From positions 1-39,273 of the forward strand of contig JAJFHM010000346.1 of NCBI GenBank assembly GCA_021775625.1: 39,273 bases of DNA, in the 5' to 3' direction. Source of the DNA: Hyphomicrobiales bacterium. Lineage in GTDB: Bacteria > Pseudomonadota > Alphaproteobacteria > Rhizobiales > JAJFHB01. Numbering within the stretch: the stretch's first letter is position 1; each line of letters begins with the position of its first letter. Position numbers and translations under genes: made by a program. Shown here in pieces: positions 9,208-18,389 of the stretch. The notes under the pieces are model-generated. The model searched no databases and was not told the origin of the DNA. It saw only the letters and a list, made by a program, of their open reading frames with translations.

Positions 9208-11007
9208 CTAGACCACAAGCTCCGCCAATTCGAAGTGATCCTCGGTGACGTAGGCCAGCCCCTTGGTGCAAATCCGGTAGTAAGGAATTGTGACCAGCGA
9301 TACGAACTCGAGATTCATCTGCGGCGTTTCCAGCGTGCAGCCCATGTCACGCCAGGCATCTAACAATTCGTATTGAGCCGCGAAAACTTCATCGAACGGC
9401 TTGTCGGTCGCCAGCCCGTTCAATGGAGTGGGCAGTGATGCTGCGACTTTACCATCGCGAAGCGCTATGAAACCTCCGCCCATGTTGATGATCTCGTTGG
9501 CGGCAGACGCCATGTCTGCATCTGACGCGCCGACCAGAACGATATTCTGATTGAACACGTTCGCAGTGGTGCCAATACAACCATCGCCTATGTCAAAGCC
9601 CTTGACGAACGCAACGCCAATTTCACCGGTGCCCATAATGCGGTCGATCATGCTGATCTTGTTGATGCCACGGGCGGGGTCGGCCAGGATTTCGCCGTCC
9701 ACAACCGGCAGGGTTTCAATTGCCTCGGGTGTTTCAAGAGAACCGTCTCGCGTGGTGATGACCCGGACGTCCACAGTCGAGCCTGCGCCTTCCGGAGCCG
9801 CGATCCGGAAATCTTCCGGCGCCAGCACACGATCGATATTCATGGTGCCGTAGAGCCAATCGGGATAGTCCGGGTTCTTCAGCGGCTGGGTCATCTTGCC
9901 GTCTTCCACCCAAACTGTTCCATTCGCCATGACTTTGGCGATCTTGAATTCTTCCAGGTCGTCAACGAACAGGATATCGGCGAACTTGCCCGGGCCGATC
10001 ATGCCCATGTCGTGATTGACACGGTAGAACTCGGCCGGCTGGATTGTCGACATCTGAATGGCGGTGATCGGATCGACACCGTTCTTGATCGCGACACGGA
10101 TCGCATGATCCATCTGGCCACGCTCCAACATCCAGTCGGGCGTGACCACGTCGGTGCATATCTGATAGGCGCGCGACTGGTGGTCCTGTTGGGTCACGGC
10201 CGGCATGCAGGCCTTGATGTCTTCGCAGGCACTGCCCTCGCGGATCACCACATAAAGACCAAGTTCGGCCTGCCGCCTGCATTCCTCCGCGGTGACCATT
10301 TCGTGGTTGTGCATGATGCCGGCTGCGATCCAGGCATTGGAGATCTTGTCGTCGCTCATGCCGGCGGAATGGCCTTGTATGACCTTGCCTTGCCTGAGGC
10401 ACTCTTCCATCAGACCCAATAGTTCCCGGTCCCGTAGATTGCGGTGCAACATCAGTTCCGGAGAGATCTCTTCGATGCCTTTGGTTTCCGGCCAGTTGAG
10501 CGCGTCCATCAGATCACCGATGCTGGGTGCGTTCGGGGATGCGGGAAATCCAATGCCCCGGTTCTGGGTGTAACACATGGTGGGGACGACGAAGATCGGC
10601 TTGACCGGCGTGGCGAGGCACTCGTCGAGGAAGAAACGCGATCCCTTGATCCCGTTGACGATGGCATGGCCGTAAAATCCGTCGACAATGGCGGTCGATC
10701 CATGCAGCAGCCGGCATGTGGCGAAAACCGTCGAGTTGCAGTAGGTGTGCCACTGATGGCAGTGCGGGTCGATCAGGCCCGGCACCAGAAAGCGGCCGGC
10801 GGCATCAATGACTTCGGTGTTGTCATCCTTGGTATATTCGACATCGCCGACAGCCGCGATCCGGTCACCCTTTATGGCGATGCCGTCGGCGTGAATGGAG
10901 CCGGTATGGGTGTTGACGATCTGCCCGTTTACGATGACCTTATCGGCAGGCTCGTATCCCATTGCGACGTCTATGAGCACTTCACGTACCAGTCCGTTTG
11001 ACTGCAT
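9208..11007 (-). CDS. Adenine deaminase (AdeC/AdeD)-like amidohydrolase with divergent active site
   Basis: 599 aa; PGLIDPHCH, GHSAG, NHE, REGS, CTD, IGPGKFADILFVDDL and an Ade C-terminal domain; several canonical motifs are altered. Confidence 0.82.
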   Translation of the reverse strand: MQSNGLVREVLIDVAMGYEPADKVIVNGQIVNTHTGSIHADGIAIKGDRIAAVGDVEYTKDDNTEVIDAAGRFLVPGLIDPHCHQWHTYCNSTVFATCRLLHGSTAIVDGFYGHAIVNGIKGSRFFLDECLATPVKPIFVVPTMCYTQNRGIGFPASPNAPSIGDLMDALNWPETKGIEEISPELMLHRNLRDRELLGLMEECLRQGKVIQGHSAGMSDDKISNAWIAAGIMHNHEMVTAEECRRQAELGLYVVIREGSACEDIKACMPAVTQQDHQSRAYQICTDVVTPDWMLERGQMDHAIRVAIKNGVDPITAIQMSTIQPAEFYRVNHDMGMIGPGKFADILFVDDLEEFKIAKVMANGTVWVEDGKMTQPLKNPDYPDWLYGTMNIDRVLAPEDFRIAAPEGAGSTVDVRVITTRDGSLETPEAIETLPVVDGEILADPARGINKISMIDRIMGTGEIGVAFVKGFDIGDGCIGTTANVFNQNIVLVGASDADMASAANEIINMGGGFIALRDGKVAASLPTPLNGLATDKPFDEVFAAQYELLDAWRDMGCTLETPQMNLEFVSLVTIPYYRICTKGLAYVTEDHFELAELVV

Positions 11008-11031
11008 TGTCTCGCCTCCTCTCGTCCTGCT

Positions 11032-12531
11032 CTAGGCACCGGTTATCAGGCCAAGGACCATTTCTTTGTTTGCATCCTTTCTTTCGACCGTTTCGACGAT
11101 CTTGCCGTCACGCCAAACCAGAATGCGGTCGCTCATTCCGACCATTTCGGACAGCTCCTGGCTGATGAAAATCACCCCCGCGCCCTCTTCAACCAGCTGA
11201 TTCAAGAGCTTGTAGATCTCCACCTTCGCCCGAATGTCGACGCCTCGTGTCGGTTCGTTGAAGATAATAATTTTGGAACTCGCATTGAGCGATCTTGCAA
11301 TCATCACCTTCTGTTGATTGCCGCCGCTGAGAAACATGGAGAGCGTGTCCAGGCTGGGCGTTTTGATGTCCAGCTTCTGCTTGTAGGCTTCGCAGTCCTT
11401 GATTTGCTCGCCGTAGGAGAGAAATCCATACGAGGCGTATTGCTGCATCGCCGAGAGCGTGGCGTTATCGGCAACGGACATTGTGAGGATGAGCCCCTCC
11501 GATTTGCGGTCCGCAGGCAGATAAAACAGGCCCGCTTCGATCGCTTCGCTGGGCGTCCGTGCCGCATAGGGTTGACCCAGAAGCTCTATCCTGCCTTCGG
11601 CCAGTTTTCTCAAGCCCAACAGGGATCTGACAAAATCCTCGTTTCCCGATCCGAGCAATCCGGCGAACGACACGATCTCACCGGCATGCAGATCAAAGCT
11701 GATATTCGTGTAGCGGCCGTCTGCATCGCTGCAATTTTGGACGCTGAGAAGTTTATCGCCCTTTTTGACTTTGACCTTGGGATACGGCTCCTTGATTTCT
11801 TCGCCAACCATGAGCCTGGGCAATTCGTCGATCGAGGTGTCCTTCAGATTGACGGTCGCAACCTTGTTGCCATCGCGCAGAACCGTTGCGCGATCACCTA
11901 TCCGTTTGACCTCTTCGAGATTGTGGGAAATGTATATAATCCCGACGCCGGCTTCACACAGGCCGGCGAGGATTTCAAACAGCCGCTCGGTTTCCTTATC
12001 CGTAAGTGCCGCAGTCGGCTCATCCAGAATGAGCACCTTGGCATCGAGAGCCAGTGCCTTGGCGATCTCAACCACCTGCTGTTCGTGGACGCTGAGCCGT
12101 CCGACGCGATCTTCCACATCTATTTCGAACCCGAGGCGATCGAGGACCGCGCGCGATCTTCGGTGGATTTCATTCCAGTCCACCATACCGTTCGAGGTCA
12201 CATCAATTCCAAGATGAATATTCTCAGCCACGGTCAATTGCGGTACCAGCATGAATTCCTGGTAGACCGTGCATATGCCAAGCTCCTTGGCATGGATCGG
12301 TGAACTGATGTCGGCCGGCTCGCCGTTCATTGAGATGGATCCGCTGTCCATCTGTTCGGCTCCGGACAGGATCTTGATCAGCGTTGACTTGCCCGCACCG
12401 TTCTCGCCCAGCAGGACATGGATCTCCGAGGCATTGAGTTCGAAATCAACGCCTTTCAAGGCATGAACGCCCGGATAGGTCTTGTCGATGTTCGCCATGA
12501 TCAGCAAACTATTTTGGGTTTGATCGTTCAC
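11032..12531 (-). CDS. Sugar-type (CUT2/RbsA-like) ABC transporter ATP-binding protein
   Basis: Two NBDs; GENGAGKST, ILDEPT, LSGGNQQK, EPTRGVD. The GTG start is uncertain. Confidence 0.95.
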   Translation of the reverse strand: MNDQTQNSLLIMANIDKTYPGVHALKGVDFELNASEIHVLLGENGAGKSTLIKILSGAEQMDSGSISMNGEPADISSPIHAKELGICTVYQEFMLVPQLTVAENIHLGIDVTSNGMVDWNEIHRRSRAVLDRLGFEIDVEDRVGRLSVHEQQVVEIAKALALDAKVLILDEPTAALTDKETERLFEILAGLCEAGVGIIYISHNLEEVKRIGDRATVLRDGNKVATVNLKDTSIDELPRLMVGEEIKEPYPKVKVKKGDKLLSVQNCSDADGRYTNISFDLHAGEIVSFAGLLGSGNEDFVRSLLGLRKLAEGRIELLGQPYAARTPSEAIEAGLFYLPADRKSEGLILTMSVADNATLSAMQQYASYGFLSYGEQIKDCEAYKQKLDIKTPSLDTLSMFLSGGNQQKVMIARSLNASSKIIIFNEPTRGVDIRAKVEIYKLLNQLVEEGAGVIFISQELSEMVGMSDRILVWRDGKIVETVERKDANKEMVLGLITGA

Positions 12532-12683
12532 GGTTTATCGGATCGCCTGTGATGTTGTTCGCAAGATGCGGGGAAACCCGGCGCAAGTGCCAAGTGCTGA
12601 GCTTTCCACGTTGAACAGTTGTCCACTATCAGCCAAACGCAATCGAAGGCTTCACCTTCGAACACCGCTTGGATTTCGGTGTC

Positions 12684-12720
12684 GGCCAAAGACCCGCCCG
12701 AACCGAGCGGGTCTTTGACC
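12684..12720 (-). terminator. Strong intercistronic hairpin after the binding-protein gene (partial terminator or mRNA stabiliser)
   Basis: Minus strand GGTCAAAGACCCGCTCG-GTT-CGGGCGGGTCTTTGGCC, about 17-bp stem with G-U pairs, 14 nt after the SBP stop. Confidence 0.6.
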
Positions 12721-12734
12721 AAAGAGTGTTTCGT

Positions 12735-13871
12735 CTATTCGACGAGAGTGGCGCCCGGTTTCCAGCCCGGTGCAGCAAAGTCGATCCCGACGAGAGAATC
12801 TTCGAACTGCCCGATGTTTTCAGGGGTATAGGCCCTGATCGGAACGAACATCTTTTTCGGAACCGGATTGCCTTCCAGAATGTGGACCAGCATGTATGTG
12901 GCGTACTTGCCTTCAAGTGCGGCGCCTTCGCTCAGGCCCCAGGCAAACCAGCCCTGCTTGAGAAATTCGATTGATTCCTCATCCATGTGGACGCCGGTGA
13001 CAAACACGTCACCGGGTTTCTTGCCAGCAGCGCGCAGCGCGGAAATGGCGCCTTTGCACTGGAAGTCGGCTGTACAGAATATAAGCTTCATGTCGGGCCA
13101 CGTGGCCAGGGCATCTTCTGTCAGCCGCTGGGCGACCGTTCTGTCCATCTCATGAAATCTTTCACCGAGGATGGTCATGCCGGGTGCCAGTTTGGCGAGG
13201 GTTTCCTTGAAGCCAAGCGCGCGTTGCTTGCCCCACTCCACGCCCGGAGGTCCGTTGAGCATGAAGATCTTGGCGTCTGCGGGCATGCGTTCGGCCGCGA
13301 GTTGGGCCTGGATGATACCGGTTTGATAATCATTTATCGAAACGCCCGGTGCGCCCGCATAGGATGTCGGGATCAAGGCGCTCGTGGTCGGGATGCCAGC
13401 ATCCCAGGCTTTCTTGACCGGCACGGAGACGGCAGAGTAATCGACCGCTGAGATCACCATTCCGTCGACGCCGCGGGCGATGAAATCCTCGATATCGGAA
13501 ATCATTTGCCCAAGTTTCAAATAGCCTCCGGCGGGACGCAGATCCAACTTCAAACCCAATTCTTTCGCCGCCTCATAGGCGCCGTAGGCAACCGCTACCC
13601 AATAGGGGTCGCGAACGTGGGGAATGACCATTCCAATATGATACTTTTTGGAGGCTTTGGGCTTCCACCAATCGATGTTTTCACCATCCCGCAGAACCCA
13701 CGTACCAGTGGGTTCCGCTCCGTACATCGCCCGATACTGCTCGACCGTAACAGTGCGGCCGGCTTCTTCGGCAGTTGCCTGCGGCGCAGATATAATCGAT
13801 GAAGATGCAAAAAGGCCAAGTACGGCAAAGGATAATATCCGGATTTTATTTTTAAGCTTTAGTATTTTCAT
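12735..13871 (-). CDS. Periplasmic substrate-binding protein (RbsB/TorT-like fold)
   Basis: Basic/hydrophobic signal peptide; PHVRDPYWVAVAYG, AGGY, GVDGMVISAVD, GPPGVEW..QRALGF; lies between permease and ATPase. Confidence 0.88.
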   Translation of the reverse strand: MKILKLKNKIRILSFAVLGLFASSSIISAPQATAEEAGRTVTVEQYRAMYGAEPTGTWVLRDGENIDWWKPKASKKYHIGMVIPHVRDPYWVAVAYGAYEAAKELGLKLDLRPAGGYLKLGQMISDIEDFIARGVDGMVISAVDYSAVSVPVKKAWDAGIPTTSALIPTSYAGAPGVSINDYQTGIIQAQLAAERMPADAKIFMLNGPPGVEWGKQRALGFKETLAKLAPGMTILGERFHEMDRTVAQRLTEDALATWPDMKLIFCTADFQCKGAISALRAAGKKPGDVFVTGVHMDEESIEFLKQGWFAWGLSEGAALEGKYATYMLVHILEGNPVPKKMFVPIRAYTPENIGQFEDSLVGIDFAAPGWKPGATLVE

Positions 13872-13937
13872 CTTATTCCTCCCTTTATGCCCCCTACAAC
13901 GTGTTCTAAAAGGTAAAAAACTCTATATATGCCACTC

Positions 13938-14936
13938 TTATATATCTCCTTTCTGGCGATAGCGATCTACAACTATTGCCGCAATAATAATAATACCTAT
14001 CACCATTAGCTGAACGAATGATGATACGTTGTACAAATTCAGACCGTTCTTGATGATTGAAAGCATCGCGACGCCAACGATGATGCCGAACACCCTTCCG
14101 ACGCCACCGCCGAACGCAACGCCGCCGATGACCGCTGCGGCTATTGCATCGAGTTCGCGTCCAGATCCCATATTGGGAGCGCCGATACCCCCGCGCGACG
14201 TCAGCACCGCTCCGGCCGCGCCGGCGAACAGACCACAGATGACGTAAGCGAGGATTCTGGTGCGCACGATCTTAATGCCCGCCAATCGGGCCGCCTCCCG
14301 GTTGCCGCCGATGGCATAAGTGTGCCGACCCGCAGTCGTGCGCCGAAGATAGAGGTACAGGAGGGCAAAGCCGAGTGCGCTGACAAACACGGCAAACGGT
14401 ACCGGGCCGATATGGCCGTTGCCGAGAAACAGCATGCTGTCAGGAATATTTCCGTGCAGAGGGATACCGCCTGTGGAGTAAAGCGCTAACCCGCGAACCG
14501 CCGTCAGCGTCGCCAGGGTGACGACGAAAGCGTTAACCCCCCAAAACGCGATAATCGAACCATTGACCAACCCAACAATGCCGCCGACCAGGATCGCAAC
14601 AATGATCCCCGGGATGACACCGAAGGTCCAAACTGTGCCCACCATACACACGCTGGTCAGCGCAATGATGGAGCCGACCGAAACATCCACGCCGCCTTCG
14701 ATGAGAACCACCGCTTGACCGCAAGCCAGCAGAGCAAGTGGCGCCGCCTGCCGGAGGACATTTTGCGCGTTCAGCAGCGTTGCGAACCGCGGCTCAAGGA
14801 GTGAAAACATAATAATCAGCGCAATGAGGAAAATGAACAATCCCCATTTGAGCGCGAATTGCCCGATCACCTGAGCGGCGTCGGCAGAGTTCGATCGAGC
14901 GGTGCCGGAGGCCCCGTGAATGTCATCATCCGACAT
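13938..14936 (-). CDS. Sugar-type ABC transporter permease (RbsC-like)
   Basis: Hydrophobic; GGVDVSVGS, GRHTYAIGGNREAARLAGI, ELDAIAAAVIGG. Confidence 0.95.
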   Translation of the reverse strand: MSDDDIHGASGTARSNSADAAQVIGQFALKWGLFIFLIALIIMFSLLEPRFATLLNAQNVLRQAAPLALLACGQAVVLIEGGVDVSVGSIIALTSVCMVGTVWTFGVIPGIIVAILVGGIVGLVNGSIIAFWGVNAFVVTLATLTAVRGLALYSTGGIPLHGNIPDSMLFLGNGHIGPVPFAVFVSALGFALLYLYLRRTTAGRHTYAIGGNREAARLAGIKIVRTRILAYVICGLFAGAAGAVLTSRGGIGAPNMGSGRELDAIAAAVIGGVAFGGGVGRVFGIIVGVAMLSIIKNGLNLYNVSSFVQLMVIGIIIIAAIVVDRYRQKGDI

Positions 14937-15074
14937 CGTTAAATTCCCCCCAAAGGACGTTTCCCAGACAGGTGATACTTGAACATTATGATCAACAATC
15001 CACGATCAGAGGACGGCGTCATTGCCAATTATTGACTGTTTTTCGTTGTCTCTTCACCAAGAATCTACGCAATC

Positions 15075-15127
15075 AACTTGATTATCGTACGATAAATAAC
15101 GTAACCTGATTATCACACGATAAATAA
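15075..15127. promoter_or_regulatory. Tandem operator: two 25-bp direct repeats, each with a TTATC-N4-GATAA palindrome
   Basis: AACTTGATTATCGTACGATAAATAA (15075-15099) and AACCTGATTATCACACGATAAATAA (15103-15127), 22/25 identical, in an AT-rich divergent intergenic region; TTATCGTACGATAA is a perfect palindrome. Confidence 0.7.
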
Positions 15128-15273
15128 GATAATGGGTCGTTGTCAATCGCTTCCTGACCAGTTGCTCGCGAGAATCCGGTGCCCGGGCGAGCGGCCGCGG
15201 ACCTGGAAGGACAGCCTCCAGCAGCGGCGCGCTGAAGCAGCGATTGGACCGGCCACAAACAGGGATGGCATCA

Positions 15274-16560
15274 ATGGTGCGCTATCTGAAAACAGCGATT
15301 ACGGCTGAAGAACGCGCAGAGGCGGATGACCGGGTCAAACGTGTGGTCGAGGCCGCGCTCGAAGACATCGTCAAACGCGGTGACGATGCGGTGCGCGACA
15401 TGTCGATCAAATATGACAACTGGAATCGCGACGATTTCCGGCTGACGTCGGACGAAATCGAAACCTGCCTCGCGAAACTCAAACCAAGAGACCGTACCGA
15501 TATCGAGTTTGCTCAAAAACAGGTGCGTAACTTTGCGCAGATTCAGCGCGACGCACTGCAGGACGTCGAAGCAGAAACGCTTCCTGGCGTCATTCTCGGG
15601 CACAAGAACATTCCGATAAATTCGGTCGGTTGCTATGTGCCCGGAGGCAAGTATCCGCTCCTGGCATCTGCCCATATGTCGGTGGTGACCGCCAGGGTCG
15701 CAGGCGTTAAGCGCATCGCGACCTGTGCCCCGCCCTTCCAGGGCGAAATCGCACATGCCATCGTGGCCGCGCAGCATCTCGCCGGCGCTGATGAAATCTA
15801 CGTGCTCGGCGGAATTCAGGCGGTTGGAGCGATGGCGCTTGGCACATCGTCCATTGCGCCGGTCGATATGCTGGTTGGACCGGGCAATGCCTTTGTCGCG
15901 GAGGCCAAGCGGCAGCTTTTCGGTCGCGTCGGCATTGACCTGCTTGCGGGGCCAACCGAAACCTTGGTCATTGCAGACGACACGGTCGACGGAGAATTGT
16001 GCGCCACGGATCTGCTCGGCCAGGCCGAGCATGGACCGACTTCGCCCGCGATCCTCGTCACCAACTCCGAGAAGCTCGCTAAGGACACGATAAGCGAGGT
16101 CGAGCGCCAGCTCCTGGTTCTGTCGACAGGCGAAATCGCCGGCCAGGCGTGGCGCGATTACGGTCAGGTAATTGTCTGTGACGACGAAGCAGAAATGCTC
16201 GCGGTAGCCGACGAAATCGCTTCCGAGCACGTCCAGGTCATGACCCGCGACCCCGACTATTTCCTGAACAATATGAGCAACTACGGTTCTTTGTTCCTCG
16301 GCCCGCGCACCAATGTTTCCTACGGGGACAAGGTCATCGGCACCAACCATACCCTTCCGACCCGCAAAGCAGCCAGATACACCGGCGGTCTGTGGGTCGG
16401 CAAGTTCCTCAAGACCTGCACCTACCAGAAAGTGTTGACCGACGAAGCGACCACCCTGGTCGGCCAGTACTGCTCGCGTCTTTGCGCGCTTGAAGGTTTC
16501 GCTGGCCACAAGGAACAGGCCGATATCCGGGTCCGCCGCTATGGCGGTAGGAACACATGA
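15274..16560 (+). CDS. Histidinol dehydrogenase homologue (non-biosynthetic, HpsN-related clade)
   Basis: [50 protein letters not shown] (GDK as in HpsN-like proteins, GDY in HisD). Start ATG 15274 or 15265. Confidence 0.85.
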   Translation: MVRYLKTAITAEERAEADDRVKRVVEAALEDIVKRGDDAVRDMSIKYDNWNRDDFRLTSDEIETCLAKLKPRDRTDIEFAQKQVRNFAQIQRDALQDVEAETLPGVILGHKNIPINSVGCYVPGGKYPLLASAHMSVVTARVAGVKRIATCAPPFQGEIAHAIVAAQHLAGADEIYVLGGIQAVGAMALGTSSIAPVDMLVGPGNAFVAEAKRQLFGRVGIDLLAGPTETLVIADDTVDGELCATDLLGQAEHGPTSPAILVTNSEKLAKDTISEVERQLLVLSTGEIAGQAWRDYGQVIVCDDEAEMLAVADEIASEHVQVMTRDPDYFLNNMSNYGSLFLGPRTNVSYGDKVIGTNHTLPTRKAARYTGGLWVGKFLKTCTYQKVLTDEATTLVGQYCSRLCALEGFAGHKEQADIRVRRYGGRNT

Positions 16561-17327
16561 GCGAAGATTTGCCCCGCACCCCCTCCTTCGAGCTTGCCGG
16601 CAGGCGGGCGCTCGTTACCGGCGGCAGCCGTGGGATCGGCCGCGCTTCGGCAGCGGCTCTGGCTGGGGCGGGCGCCCATGTCATACTGGTGGCACGCGAC
16701 CAGGCTGACCTGGATGAAGCGCACGCGGCAATTTCCGATGCCGGCGGATCGTGTGAGGCTTTGGCCCTCGACGTCACCGACATCGCGGCTTTTGAGGCGG
16801 CGATCGCCGCCCAGGAACACATCGACATATTCGTTAACAACGCCGGCACCAACCGGCCAGCGCCGTTCGTCGAGGTTAAAGTGGAAGACTTTGATCTCGT
16901 AGTGGGACTGAACCTGAAAGCAGCGTTCTTCTGCGCCCAGGCCATTGCACGGTCCATGGTCCGCAACAAAACCAAAGGGTCAATCATAAACATGTCGTCC
17001 CAAATGGGACACGTCGGCGGCCGCAACCGCACGGTTTACTGCGCCTCCAAACATGCGCTGGAAGGGCTCACAAAGGCGATGGCCCTCGATCTGGCCGGGA
17101 ACGGAATTCGCGTCAACAGCGTCTGCCCGACATTTATCGAGACGCCCATGACGAAGCCTTTTTTTGAGAATGCGGAATTTGCGGCCGATACGCTGTCCCG
17201 CATACCACTGGGGCGCATTGGCGAGTTGAAAGATGTGATGGGCCCGGTGGTGTTTCTGGCGAGCGATGCTTCGGCCCTGATGACGGGGTCCAGCCTGATG
17301 GCCGACGGCGGATGGACCGCACAGTAG
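16557..17327 (+). CDS. Short-chain dehydrogenase/reductase
   Basis: [17 protein letters not shown]; ATGA overlap with the upstream gene. Confidence 0.95.
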   Translation: MSEDLPRTPSFELAGRRALVTGGSRGIGRASAAALAGAGAHVILVARDQADLDEAHAAISDAGGSCEALALDVTDIAAFEAAIAAQEHIDIFVNNAGTNRPAPFVEVKVEDFDLVVGLNLKAAFFCAQAIARSMVRNKTKGSIINMSSQMGHVGGRNRTVYCASKHALEGLTKAMALDLAGNGIRVNSVCPTFIETPMTKPFFENAEFAADTLSRIPLGRIGELKDVMGPVVFLASDASALMTGSSLMADGGWTAQ

Positions 17328-17402
17328 CAAAGTGCGTCGCGTGCATATGGCGCGTTGAACGCACGGACGTGTGATTGAGTGATCTAAACGCGAGGGAGAG
17401 AG

Positions 17403-18365
17403 ATGATGTCTGCTGTGAAGAAAGTGGATAAGAAGGCGATTTATGAGGCTGCGGAGAAGCTCTCCAACTGGGGCCGGTGGGGCGATGACGATCAACTTGG
17501 AACGATCAATCACGTCACCCCACAGGACATTATCGCAGCTGCCGGGCTGATCAGAAAAGGCAAAGTCTTCGCCCTCGGCTTAGCCCTCGATGAGAAGATT
17601 CAGTCCGGACAGTTTGGCGGGCGCTGGAATCCAATCCACACCATGTTGGCGACGGGAACCGACGCAATTGCCGGCAACCAGGACATCGTGCCGAACCTGC
17701 GCTACGGCGACGATGCGGTCAACATGCCGTGCCAGAGTTCGACACAATGGGATGCCCTCGCCCACATCTTTCTGGATGACAAGATGTACAACGGCTACGA
17801 CGCCAAACTCGTTGACAGCAACGGTGCGCAGAAAAACGGCATTGAGCACATGCGGGACAAAATGGTCGGCCGGGGCGTGCTGCTCGACGTCGCCCGCTGG
17901 AAGGGCACCGACGCGCTTGATGACGGCTATGCGATCAGCAACGAGGACCTCGATCAGACTGCCGCTGCGCAGGGTGTCGAAATTTGCCGCGGCGACTTCG
18001 TCATCGTGCGAACCGGCCAGCAGGAAGCCTATATGGCAAGAGGCGACTGGGGCACCTATGCCGGCGGCGACGCCCCGGGTCTGGCGTTTGAAACCGCTTA
18101 TTGGATATACGAGAACGAGATTGCCGCTATCTGCGCCGACACCTGGGGCTGCGAGGTTCGGCCGAACGAAACCACCGAGGCCAATCAGCCGTGGCACTGG
18201 GTCGTGATCCCGAAGATCGGGATCTCGATGGGTGAGATTTTCTACCTCAAGGAACTGGCGGAGGATTGCGCCGAGGACGGCGTCCACGAGTTCTTTTTCT
18301 GCGCCCCGCCGATGCACTTGCCTGGCGGTTGCGGTTCACCACTGAACCCGCAGGCAATCAAGTAG
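17403..18365 (+). CDS. Cyclase family (kynurenine formamidase-like) metallohydrolase
   Basis: NWGRWGDDDQLGT, STQWDALAH, GRGVLLDVAR, GDFVIVRTG, GEIFYL, GSPLNP. Confidence 0.9.
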   Translation: MMSAVKKVDKKAIYEAAEKLSNWGRWGDDDQLGTINHVTPQDIIAAAGLIRKGKVFALGLALDEKIQSGQFGGRWNPIHTMLATGTDAIAGNQDIVPNLRYGDDAVNMPCQSSTQWDALAHIFLDDKMYNGYDAKLVDSNGAQKNGIEHMRDKMVGRGVLLDVARWKGTDALDDGYAISNEDLDQTAAAQGVEICRGDFVIVRTGQQEAYMARGDWGTYAGGDAPGLAFETAYWIYENEIAAICADTWGCEVRPNETTEANQPWHWVVIPKIGISMGEIFYLKELAEDCAEDGVHEFFFCAPPMHLPGGCGSPLNPQAIK

Positions 18366-18389
18366 GCTCCAGCGCGGGAAACCACAGAT

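Noticed and set aside
15075-15127. CRISPR-like repeats
   Set aside because: Only two copies separated by 3 bp, with no spacers or cas genes; an operator pair fits better.
15274-16560. Biosynthetic hisD
   Set aside because: GDK motif, catabolic context and no his operon genes.
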